The notes beneath the pieces are model-generated. The model did not search any database. It worked only from the letters and a program-made list of their open reading frames with translations, and had not been told where the DNA came from. A stretch of DNA of 63,522 nucleotides, counting the filler, from Octopus bimaculoides (Eukaryota), in NCBI RefSeq assembly GCF_001194135.2. It is 6 parts of 4 records of this genome, joined end to end, with 100 filler letters (N's around TTAATTAATTAA, not from the genome) between each part and the next. Parts side by side here need not be neighbours in the genome. Positions count along the whole stretch, not along the records: positions 32,616 to 54,229 come from NC_068981.1; positions 54,330 to 56,162 come from NC_068997.1; positions 56,263 to 61,656 come from NC_068985.1; positions 61,757 to 63,522 come from NC_068999.1; 2 more parts are not named here. One strand, given 5' to 3'. Positions 52,688 to 63,522 of this stretch are shown here, one piece after another. Positions within the stretch are counted from its first letter, which is position 1; each line of letters begins with the position of its first letter. The position numbers and the translations under genes were made by a program.

Positions 52688-54229
52688 GGTCCCCGTCTTT
52701 ATGGCCAGTGTGCAATTATTCGTCCCCGACTTTATGGCCATTTTTGAATTTCTGGTTCCCGACTTTATGGTCTGTGTGCGAATTTTGTTCCCCGACTTTA
52801 TGACCAGTGTACAATGTTCGGTCCCCGTCTTTATGGCTGGTGTGCAATTTTTGGTCCCCGACTTCATGGCCAGTGTACAATTTTTGGTCCCCGACTTCAT
52901 GGCCAGTGTGCAATATTTGGTTCCCGACTTTATGGCCCGTCTGCGATTTTTGGTCCCCCATTTTATGGCCAGTGTTCAATTATAGGTCCCCGACTTTATG
53001 GCCAGTGTTCAATATTTCGTCCCCGTCTTTATGGCCAGTGTACAATTCTTCATCCCCGACTTTATGGCCAGTGTGCGATTTGTGGCCCCATCTATATGGC
53101 CAGTGTACAATGTTCGGTCCCGTCTTTATGGCCACTGTGCAAATTTTGTTCCCCGACTTTATAGCCAGTGTTCAATTTTAGGTCCCCGTCTTTATGGCCA
53201 GTGTGCGATTTTTGGTCCCCGCCTTCACGGCCAGTGTTCAATTTTTGGTCCCCGAATTTATAGCCAGTGTTCAATTTTAGGTCTCCGTCTTTATGGCCAC
53301 TGTGCGATTTTTGGTCCCCGAATTTATGGCCAGTGTTCAATTTTTAGTCCCCGACTTTATGGCCAGAGTTCAATTTTTGGTCCCCGTCTTTATGGCCAGT
53401 GTGCGATTTTTGGTCCCCGACTTTATGTTCACTGTTCAATTTTTAGTCCCCGACTTCATGGCCAGTGTTCAGTTTTTTGTCCTCGACTTTATGGCCAGTG
53501 TGCGATTTTTGGTGGACATGCTCGGTCCCCGTCTTTATGGCCAGTGTTCAATTTTTGGTCCCCGTTTTTATGGCCAGTGTGGATTATCGGTCCCCGACTT
53601 TATGGCCAGTGTGCGATTTTTGGTCCCCGTCTGTATGGCCAGTGTTCAATTTTTGTTCCCCGACTTTATGGCCAGTATTCAATTTTTGGTCCCCGACTTT
53701 ATGGCCAGTGTTCAATTTTTGGTCCCGTCTTTATGGACAGTGTGCAATTATTCGTCCCCGACTTTATGGCCAGTGTTGAATTTCTGGTCCTGGACTTTAT
53801 GGCCAGTGTGCGAATTTTGTTGCCCGACTTTATGGCCAGTGTACAATGTTCGGTCCCCGTGTTTATGGCCGCTGTGCAATTTTTGGTTACCCAATTTATT
53901 GCCAGTGTGCGATTTTTGGTCCCCGACTTTATGGCCAGTGTTCAATTTTAGGTCCCCGACTTTATGGCCAGTGTTCAATTTTTGGTCCCCGTCTTTATGG
54001 CCAGTGTACAATGTTCAGTCCCCGTCTTTATGGCCGGTGTGCAATTTTTGGTCCCCGTCTTTATGGCCAGTGTGCAATTTTTGGTCCCCATCTTTATGGC
54101 CAGTGTGAAATTTTTGGTGCCCGTCTTTATGGCCAGTGTGAAATTATTGGTCCTCGACTTTACGGCCAGTGTTCAATTATAGGTCACCGACTTTATGGCC
54201 AGTGTTCAATTTTTGGTCCCCGTCTTTAT
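52688..54229 (-). repeat. satellite block A3, same 33-bp monomer in inverted orientation
   Basis: GGTCCCCGACTTTATGGCCAGTGTTCAATTTTT is the reverse complement of the A1/A2 monomer. Confidence 0.95.
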
Positions 54230-54329
54230 NNNNNNNNNNNNNNNNNNNNNNNNNNNNNNNNNNNNNNNNNNNNTTAATTAATTAANNNNNNNNNNNNNNN
54301 NNNNNNNNNNNNNNNNNNNNNNNNNNNNN
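54230..54329. other. artificial scaffold spacer 44N-TTAATTAATTAA-44N
   Basis: Same 100-bp structure as the other spacers. Confidence 0.95.
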
Positions 54330-54664
54330 ATGCATACATACATATATGTGTGTGTGTGTGTGTAAATATGTATATATATTTTGTATATATACTACGAGAT
54401 CTACCAACCTTTATATATCAACTCACAGTAAATACAAACGAAATACACTTTGATATAAAAAAGCAAGGTAAATAATTGTTATACGTAAACGAAAGCGCAA
54501 TTTTGACATACAGGAGAGCAGCAGTAAATCTCTTATTTCTAATTAGATTCTATGTAAATAACATAATTACTTAAACAAGGATTTTTGACAGATTGCGAGT
54601 ACCTAATTTACAATGCATAAATTTTCAAGAAACCGAATAGATGAGACTGGTCAGTGCGATGTTA

Positions 54665-54805
54665 AAAGAGGTTCGCTTTGCAGGTATGTGTTTCCGGGTT
54701 CAGTCCCATTGCGAGGTATCTTTGGAACTTGTCTTCTACACCATTCCGAACTGAGCAATGCCGTGCAAGTAGTTTCGGTAGACGGAAACTGTGTGGAGGC
54801 CCCTT
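54665..54805 (+). mobile_element. diverged SINE 5' fragment
   Basis: ccgggttcagtcccattgcg...gtcttctac...ggtagacggaaactg. Confidence 0.6.
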
Positions 54806-55093
54806 ATGTATAAAGTAGCGTAGCTATGGGTGGAGTGGTTCGCCCCGGTCGGAATTGTTAAAGGAGCGGCAATTTTCATCCTGTTGTAGGCTATTGCTGT
54901 ATTTTTTTTTTGGTGGGGGGGGGGTGAGGCAAACAGAAGGGCTACCCCGGGTGGCATGCACTCTAGTGCATGTCTGTCTGTCTATCTATCTATCTATCTA
55001 TCTATNNNNNNNNNNTTTTTTTTTGGTGGGGGGGGGGTGAGGCAAACAGAAGGGCTACCCCGGGTGGCATGCACTCTAGTGCATGTCTGTCTG

Positions 55094-55140
<47 letters not shown>

Positions 55141-56086
55141 CTATGTCTCTCTATATATGTATATGTTTATTTATTTATCAATATTTAGCTGAAGAAACTG
55201 TAGCCGAAGGGCCGAGAGTTTCGTTAGTTGGCACATGTCAAAGAGCCAACGCACAAAACTCTCCTTGATTCACTCTGTTGGCACCGCTAAATATTAATAA
55301 AAATATACATATACTCATATTTTTAGTTCTATGTTTCCTGTTTTCATCACTATACCTGTATATGTATATATACGTACAAAATACGCATATGTTAAGGGTA
55401 TCGAGCCAAGTGGGAGCACCACAGAAATGCTAAATGTTTTACGGCGCTAAAGAAATCCCATTGAACCTGCGAAAATAATATTCGAAGTCGTTCATATGAC
55501 TGGAAATATTGTTATCAGATGTGTTACATAAGATTAATCTTTAGGATCTCATGAATCAATTTTCAGTAAAAAAGTCAGTACACGAAAAACTTTCAAATAG
55601 AAATTAAGTGGAACAATACCAAAAAATAAACATTATTTTCCATCTTACAGTTAGTCTTGTTTCATTTTGAAAAAGAAAAATATATTTCATGGTTTATTAT
55701 TATCTATATTCTGAGTTATATATTATATATAGGGGACACCAAAATATTTTAAGTGCTTAGGGCCTCTGTGAGTCTTAACTCGGCTCTGCATGACGAAAAT
55801 GTAAATAACAAAAATAATAGTTATTGTCGTAGTGCAATCAACACGCACGCACGTACACGGGCGCTTACACACACACATGCATGTATATAAATTTGTACAT
55901 ATGTGTGTTTATAAAAGATTAACATCTATATATACACATATCTATTATGTTTATCTAATATACCTATATGATACATTATATGCGTATGTATACCGCATAT
56001 TTAATAAAAGTGTACATATTGACATATAATATATATATGAATACATGCATACATATATATATATATATATACATACATACATACAC

Positions 56087-56162
<76 letters not shown>

Positions 56163-56262
56163 NNNNNNNNNNNNNNNNNNNNNNNNNNNNNNNNNNNNNN
56201 NNNNNNTTAATTAATTAANNNNNNNNNNNNNNNNNNNNNNNNNNNNNNNNNNNNNNNNNNNN
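56163..56262. other. artificial scaffold spacer 44N-TTAATTAATTAA-44N
   Basis: Same 100-bp structure as the other spacers. Confidence 0.95.
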
Positions 56263-56274
56263 ATAATAAGTCAC

Positions 56275-56304
56275 ACCCGGACAAGGTTGGGTTATACTGC
56301 TAGT
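56275..56304 (+). mobile_element. Helitron-like 3' terminus (subterminal hairpin + CTAG|T)
   Basis: acccgg-acaagg-ttgggt hairpin, 7 nt, then CTAG followed by T. Confidence 0.45.
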
Positions 56305-57000
56305 ATATAATAAAGCTGAAGATGTGTGTCTATGTGAAGCCTTTTAAAAAGTTTATAGAAATCCACATTTTCCACTTTTTCGTAAAATTTTTTACATCAA
56401 TGGAACTTTTTCGATGTGAACTTTCCAGTGCAGTAATTAGATTTTTTAAATTCCATTAACTTTGTGTGATTTAAGGGAGATTTGGCTGTTGTTTCTAGCA
56501 ACTTTTATATTTCTTCCCTTCTATTTGTCCCGACGTTCTTACACATTGATCACGCGCTCAACATATAATATACAGAGTGAGAGTAAAAGAGGGAGAGTGG
56601 GATAGAGAAAGTGATACATACAAAGTCATAGATTAAACTTTCCTCTTAGTATTCTTTACCTATTTTTCATAACATAGATATGTAAAAACACACACAACCA
56701 CACATATGTGATCTGTGACAACAACATACACATAAACACATCAACATTATAGATATAAGACTTACTTTCTGTGTCTTTTTTATATAAACATGCGCACGCA
56801 TTGCTATTTTATAACTGTCTCCCTTCCTCTCTTTCTCTCTCTTCATTGCTCCCGTTCTCTATTCTTTTCTCCCCCTTTCTCTCCCTCTTTCTCTCTCGCT
56901 CTCTCAAATGCATACACGCGCAAGTACACACAATCATTCACTAAAATACAACTCATGTTTGTCAATGTTTTGTAAATATACCACGATTTTCACTAGGATG

Positions 57001-57165
57001 TTAGGGTCAGGGTTAAGGTTTTAGGGTTACGGCTAAGGTTAAAGTTTAGGGTTAGGGTTACGGTTAGGGCTAGGATTAGGGTTAGTGTTATGGTTAAGGT
57101 TTTAGGGTCAGGGTTAGGGTTTTAGGATTAGGGTTAGGTTTAGAGTTTCAGGGTTAGATTCGGGT
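57001..57165 (+). repeat. degenerate TTAGGG-like tract (~27 units)
   Basis: Mixture of TTAGGG, TCAGGG, TTAAGG, TTACGG and TTTAGG units. Confidence 0.85.
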
Positions 57166-57879
57166 AACCATGCGGGTGTTAATCTGAAAAATTACAGAAA
57201 TGTGAAAACTANNNNNNNNNNNNNNNNNNNNNNNNNNNNNNNNNNNNNNNNNNNNNNNNNNNNNNNNNNNNNNNNNNNNNNNNNNNNNNNNNNNNNNNNN
57301 NNNNNNNNNNNATGCATATATGTCCCTGCACATACATGTTCATTGAAACAAGACTACAGGCATGCACACACTGAAATAAGGCTACACACACACACACACA
57401 CACACAAACAAACAGGGTCACACTCATACACAGACTGGGCCTACACATGTTGCAATTTGACGTTCATTTCTCAATATTAGCATGGTCAGGATAACTTTTG
57501 TTGAAGCAATTAATTTTCCAGTTAGTTGCTCTATTAATTACTGAGTTGTGAAGTAGGACTGGAAGTTGCTGTCAGTGGAGCAAATTTATTAACTTTGCCC
57601 ATAGTTACAACACCATTATTTATAGTAAAGTTGAACTTTGCTTTAAGAATGATTACTCTTATACTACATCATACACACATACCTAAAAATGGCATGTACC
57701 ACATTTAGGATCTGTGTGTGTGTTATGCAGTATAAAAGTGCCTGGTATCAGTGGAATGCTAAAATGCACCCCACTTTATGCTGTGAAGTGATTAACAGTG
57801 AGACAACCAACCTAGAAAATTAAGTCAAAATAAAGATAACCACATCAATAAGGCTAGCCAGTTTTCCTCTGCTGATGTG

Positions 57880-59350
57880 TTTGATGGTGAAGGACCATAA
57901 GAAAAAGGTCAAAGAAAGAAGCCAGGAAATAGGAGAAAGGTTACAGGAACATTATTTGTCAGCTCAATTACAAAATGAGTACATTTCTCTTTGCACCAAT
58001 ATCATTATGAAATACATGTTCAGTGAAAGATGAAAGGTAAAGTAGCATTTTCATAACTGTTCATACTATACCAGATGCCGTCAATCAGACAACAGTTATC
58101 ATTTGCTATTATTAAAATGTACAGCATGTGATTTTAGAGTTGAAGAAAGATTTCTCTCTTTTAAAGATTATTTTGAGAAAACATACTCTGAGACTGCAAA
58201 CCTGATAAAAGCACCACTGTTATAGTTTTGACCTCTGTAATTTCATGGACATTGCAGGGGTCAAGGATATGAAAAGGAGTTCCTTAATACAGCCAGATAC
58301 AAGAGTACAAAGGATGAAAATTCTTTCACAATTCTTTCTCCATGTGGATACCACACATTAAATTTGTGTGGCACTGATTTAGTAGAGTTCTGTACTGAAG
58401 AGTAACCATTTCCAGAACTACTGAATGGGTTTCCTACAGTCAAAGAAGGTGGTAAATTCTTAAGACACGCATACAGAGTCTGTCAACCAGTGGTTTGTTT
58501 CTCAACAATCCACTGGTCAGGTAGAATCCACAAAATGAAATCATTTATGTGAAATCTTAAAGGTATTACATTGATTTTGCAGGATGCGCTGAAACTGAAT
58601 CTCATGTCTAAGACCAGACATTATGTTGCAGGAGCCATTAAATATATGTCCTCTTTCAAATGCATACTCATGTCATCTATTTGGTTCAAAGTCTTGCTAT
58701 CATTAACATTTGCCACATGGTATAACAGGCTAGACATGCAACCCACTGTAAGTTTCAAAGTTGTCCACTTCAGTATCAACATGGTGATACTGAAGTGGAC
58801 AACTTAGAAATGCTCATCAAGAATCAGTAGAAACTGTGAAATCAATATGACAGTTTGCTGATAGAACTACATGTTGCTAATAATTTGCAAATTGAAATTA
58901 AACTACGGGCAAATAAGAGAGGGCAAGCTGCAGACAAAAACAAGAGAGGATAAATGAAATCTTTTTTCAAGAGAACCAATCAAGTAATAACAGCCAGACA
59001 AAGGTTCCTAACACATTTAGAATCATTATTTTATGTTTTTTCTGTTGTCTATTCTGTCACTGTCACAACATTTAGAATTGAAGCTGTGAAAAAAATTCTG
59101 ATACTTTTACACTAGTCTGGCAGTAGTTGGTTATAGCAGAAAATCTTCTGACCAGAAAGTATGTATCTCAGAAATTTATAACATTGATGTAAATGGTACA
59201 GAACTTTCAAATAAGGAAACTATAGTACACTGAGGTAAGATTGGGTGGACATGGATTACTCCAGAAAATCTACAAATTTCAAGATCATTCCAAGTATCTG
59301 TGTAGTATTCTGGATTTTCCTCAAGAATCTAGTTTAACAAAGTATCATTA
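57880..59350 (+). mobile_element. hAT transposase relic (multiple stops and frameshifts)
   Basis: HYLSAQLQNEYI; ERFLSFKD..KT; CRGQGY; SPCGYHTLNLCG; YMSSFKCILMSSIWFKVL; EVDNL. Confidence 0.75.
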
Positions 59351-60643
59351 ATATAAAACTGTGTACATTTATATTTAACACATTCATGTACATTCAAACA
59401 TGGAAAGACCTCAGCAAATCATTCATTCCATAAATATAAACTGATAAAGAACAATCTTAGAATAAATATTACAAAGTTGCCTGGTAGCTATAGCTCAACT
59501 CAACTGGGTTGAAATATTGATTTCATATCACATTGTTTCAAACATATCATATTGATTAACATATGAGATTAATATAGATATTTACACACCAGATGGTACA
59601 CAGACCATTTCTGAAGAAGAATAAAAACCCAGTCAATCACTCTATAATCTTCAGTAATAAACAAATATTTCAAATTATGTTGTTTGGTTTTAATTATTAG
59701 TGGCTGGCCTAAACATTCTCACTCTGTATATAAAAAAATCTTTTTCTTGAGGGACATGGAGAGATGTCATGATGCCTGACCAATACATGCCAACATGGAA
59801 AAACTCATGAGGAAGAGGGTATACATTTATGGGTGTACTATAGGAGGACTTGAGAATAACATAAGATTTAAAATATTAAAATATTTTCCCACTCCATTAA
59901 ATATCAATGGTGGAAGAAAATTGTGGAATCTCCATCAATGAAAAAAAAAAAAGAAAAGAAAGACACCCATTTTCTGTAAATAGTAGTAGAAATATTCCTT
60001 AGTTATCGATAATTCACAAAGTTACAGGTTCAAAAGCAAGCTCCATCAGTTACAGACACCAAATCCCTTATTCACAGCCTTCTAAAAACTGTTCTTATAT
60101 TAAACAGTAAAATCTAAATTTGCTGGGGTGTACAAAACTTTAGGCTGACACATTGTTTATAGGGAGAATTTCTCTTTTGAAGCTATGAATCATCAGGCTG
60201 TGATACACACATTGGTATATTTGATGTAAGGTCATCAGGTATCATCTGTTCTCATCTGCATGTATCCAGAAATGACAAATGGCTTTTGATTTTAACATGA
60301 AAATGATTAAATTTTGTAACTGACAGAAATGTCAATTTCTTATTCTGCGATTTGTATTTGAATAGTACAAAAGCCATTGGCCCAGAAAACTAACAGAGCT
60401 GAGAAGCCAACTGTAAGAAGGAATAAAACGCAAAAGCTATAATTTATATTATGATTTTCTTTAGACACCCAACTTTAGGTAACTTCCTGAATTTCTAAAT
60501 GTTCCAATTTTTATTTGATGTAACATAAAATCAATCATCTCAATCTACTTGATATTGATATATTAAAAGGATTGACATAATTCCTCACAAAGGAATATAA
60601 AGGAGTAGAAGATAAAGAAGAAGAACAACAACAATAATAATGA

Positions 60644-61250
60644 TAATAGACAATACAAAGAGTGTGATGCAATTGCAATAGATATTTTATTGGTTCAAAT
60701 GAAAGGGTAGAAGCATGCATGAATGCCTTTGAAAAACAGTCGAACAAAAGTATTCCATCTAATTTTCTATGTATGCTATTCAAAGTAACAAAATGAAGTT
60801 CAGAAAAAAATTTTACCATCAGACAAAGGATTGCCCCATGGCAGTTAATTTCACTGCTCCAATCAGCCATATCATATAATTTGGTCAAATCTGAAACCCT
60901 TATTTTTGAGGATAAAACGGATTTGTACTGATATAGGAAATTACTGGAAACAAGCAAATGTTTTTGCACACCATTATGTCAAATGCAGTTACAGTGAATC
61001 ATGATTAAAGGAAATTGCAAATGACATAGCTAAGATTAGCAAAGAAAGTCAAACTTTTACGCATAATTTTAGCAACCACATACAATATGTGACACAATTT
61101 CTTTAGTGATTAACTGAAACTGAAATTTTGCGGGCATTTCCAAAGTTACTTTTCATTTTGAACTCAACAAAGACAGGCAAGCTGTCGAAATATCATTCAA
61201 ACCAATAAAATATCTATTGCAATTGCATCGCACACTTCGTATTGTCTATT
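60644..61250. mobile_element. non-autonomous TIR element (MITE-like, ~607 bp), superfamily unassigned
   Basis: ~55-bp TIRs: taatagacaatacaaagagtgtgatgcaattgcaatagatattttattggttcaaatga at the left end and its reverse complement at 61193-61250. Confidence 0.75.
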
Positions 61251-61284
61251 AATCTTTGAGAGGAGTTACATCAATCCCTGTAAA

Positions 61285-61332
<48 letters not shown>

Positions 61333-61334
<2 letters not shown>

Positions 61335-61656
61335 GAAATGTATAAAATAGCTCCTACTCTGCGAAACTTTTTATCTGTAAGTATGAGATCATGGAGAACC
61401 ACACTGATGTTGAACAATGACAATGAATCTCTAAATGCTGGAGATGTAAGAATTTCATTTGGCATTTTCCAGGGTGACTCACTATCACCACTCCTCTTCT
61501 GTCTAGCCCTAATACCGCTCTCAAAATTGCTCAATGATGCACAGTATGGTTATAAAATATTTGATAAAAATATAAATCATCTCATTTACATGGATGATTT
61601 AAAGCTCTTTGCAAAAAATGACCAACAACTCAAAGGCCTACTAGCGATTGTTAAAC
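61333..61656 (+). mobile_element. 5'-truncated R4/Dong-like reverse transcriptase fragment
   Basis: GIFQGDSLSPLLFCLALIPLS..INHLIYMDDLKLFAKN; begins directly after (TAA)n at 61287-61332. Confidence 0.9.
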
Positions 61657-61756
61657 NNNNNNNNNNNNNNNNNNNNNNNNNNNNNNNNNNNNNNNNNNNN
61701 TTAATTAATTAANNNNNNNNNNNNNNNNNNNNNNNNNNNNNNNNNNNNNNNNNNNN
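61657..61756. other. artificial scaffold spacer 44N-TTAATTAATTAA-44N
   Basis: Same 100-bp structure as the other spacers. Confidence 0.95.
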
Positions 61757-61803
61757 GTAAAATGACTGAAACAAATAAAAGAGTAAAGAGAGAGTAAAAG
61801 AGA

Positions 61804-61844
<41 letters not shown>

Positions 61845-63460
61845 AAATGGAGCACTAATAACAGCTAGAAGTGGATCATTGGTGTTTTAAAGTCATTTAA
61901 TAATGATAATAATATGTTTACAGTTGTTTCTGTATATCGAGCTGGGGTAAATTCACAGTTACCTCGTTGCAATATCATGAGAACGATTATAGGGCAAATA
62001 TAAATAGAAGGAAAATAGAAAGATGTAAGGAAAGGAAAGGAAAAAAATAAAACGTTCGTCAATTCAATAGTCTTACATTTTAGTGAGGTCCATAATTCAT
62101 TATATCAGTTGGGGGATAGAAGAGAAGAGAGTAAGTTAAATCCAAGGTTTTATAATTAGTTAGTTTCATAATTCCACATGTCGTAGGTTCTACACCAGTG
62201 TAATCCGAGGGAATTATCGTTATTGTGGATATCCGGCATAGTTAATTGAACCTATGTAACACTAATTTATAGCCTATAAGTTAGTTCCTGTATCTTCAGT
62301 GGAAGCCGTAGTATAAGGCTAAAGTTATTATTCAAAATATGTACGATAATGTGTGTATAATGGGCTACGAAAAGGAACAATAGAAAGGGTTGAAGAGTGC
62401 ATAGAATAGCAATAAAATCGATAGGGAAATTATAGCATGTAAAGTGAGTCGGTAGTCTAGCTATCAAATGGAATTAGATTATAGGAAAATAGTGCCCCAG
62501 CGTAGTATATAAAATAAGTATAAAGTTCAGTAATTAGTGTGGAGTGAAGTTGAGTAGTGCTAATTAGTACGTGGGAAGGTTAAGGGGAGGTAATAAGAGG
62601 TTAAGTAGGTTCGCTAATAACCTATAAAATAGGGGTTAGCGATATTTAAAGGACAAAGAGGGTTTAACGGTATTTTTAGAATACGAATCTGCTTTTATGC
62701 AAACAAAAAATATTAAGTAGAGGTAATTTGGCCATTAAAATAAAGAATTTATCGTTTATACAGAGCTCACAGCGATTATTGTTAATGTTATATGAGGAAG
62801 TTTTGGCTATGATGCGCTATTCTAAACTATAGTTATTATTTCTGTCTTTCAGTTCTCAAATGTAACTACTAAGTCCGGTAGAGTTCGCTTTACTTCTATT
62901 TCTGAAACTAGATCGGTGGGAATTATATCTAAGTATAATTTCGTTTTTAGTTGCTCCTATATAAGATTTCTTGTAATTATGCGCAAGTACATCGCATTGG
63001 TAGATTATGTTTTTAGTTTTACAAATATTGGAGAATTCGCAATTGCTTTTATCTCTGCTGCCACATAAATTATTAAGCTTAATTGTGCAAACGTTGTGTT
63101 GACAGGGTTATTATAAGGTCGTTGTCCGCGTTATTTGAGGGCAAGTTATTAGGGATGACACTTATTATATCTGTCGATTGGTTGCTATGCTTTATGTTGT
63201 TATTTTAACCTAGTTTCAAAGAAGGCATTTAGCTTTTTGTTGTTGATCGAGGGTATGATAGAAGCTAGGTTGCTAGTTAAGCTATGGCCTACTCTAATTT
63301 TATTCCTATAGATTTCTGGGTATTTGTTAATTAAATTGAAGAATAAACTATGTTTGTTTTAAGCTCAATCGCGAAAGGGATTATAAACAAGATGTTATCG
63401 TTATTTCGTTTATTTTTAATATTACTATTTTTGGTGTAGAAACGGTACTCGGTATTTTTG
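61845..63460 (-). mobile_element. Penelope-like element 3' relic embedded in (TA)n: GIY-YIG region 62676-63420 plus long non-coding 3' part
   Basis: KIRVGHSLTSNLASIIPSINNKKL; CGSRDKSNCEFSNICKTKNIIYQC..KSYIGAT..RYNSHRSSF..TGLSSYI*ELK..RCELCINDKFFIL..LLN..LHKSRF. W-to-stop changes and other stops indicate decay. Confidence 0.85.
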
Positions 63461-63471
63461 TATCTTACACC

Positions 63472-63522
<51 letters not shown>

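Noticed and set aside
46777-54229. Satellite as CRISPR array or C2H2 zinc-finger gene (HTGHK resembles HTGEK)
   Set aside because: The monomers are contiguous with no unique spacers, the context is eukaryotic, and there is no CxxC/HxxxH spacing.
54895-55110. Tandem duplicate of a ~110-bp segment
   Set aside because: The two identical copies flank a 10-N gap, which is typical of an unmerged contig overlap.
60535-60969. 144-aa ORF or possible exon
   Set aside because: It lies mostly inside the TIR element, has no recognisable domain, and the opposite-strand frames contain stops.
61757-63522. AT-rich terminal piece as a mitochondrial insertion
   Set aside because: The minus strand translates to a PLE GIY-YIG endonuclease, and I saw no mitochondrial gene motifs.

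Overview
Repeat-rich eukaryotic genomic DNA, most likely an octopus (coleoid cephalopod). This is an inference from the tRNA-derived SINE families, the very dense microsatellites and the TTAGGG repeats. The window is not one continuous locus. Five artificial 100-bp spacers (44 N + TTAATTAATTAA + 44 N) join six assembled pieces: 1-12039, 12140-32515, 32616-54229, 54330-56162, 56263-61656 and 61757-63522. Almost all ORFs in the supplied track are microsatellite, satellite or N-gap artefacts. The only host-gene-like coding sequence is a GT31 (beta-1,3-galactosyltransferase-like) terminal exon at 37171-38153, which carries one in-frame TAA. The rest is transposon debris: RTE, R4/Dong-like and CR1/L2-like LINEs, three Penelope-like (PLE) GIY-YIG relics, hAT and mariner relics, MITEs, Helitron/Helentron-like pieces and many SINEs. 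There is also a 7.4-kb composite 33/34-bp satellite with an internal inversion, and two interstitial telomere-like tracts. The most notable signal is a set of type I hammerhead ribozyme motifs on the minus strand. One near-perfect motif with an unusually long branched helix II lies at 16730-16818. One lies directly downstream of a PLE endonuclease at 33194-33253, and there are two degenerate or truncated relatives at 955-1004 and 5126-5204. All alignments, translations and folds were done by eye; no database searches were run.
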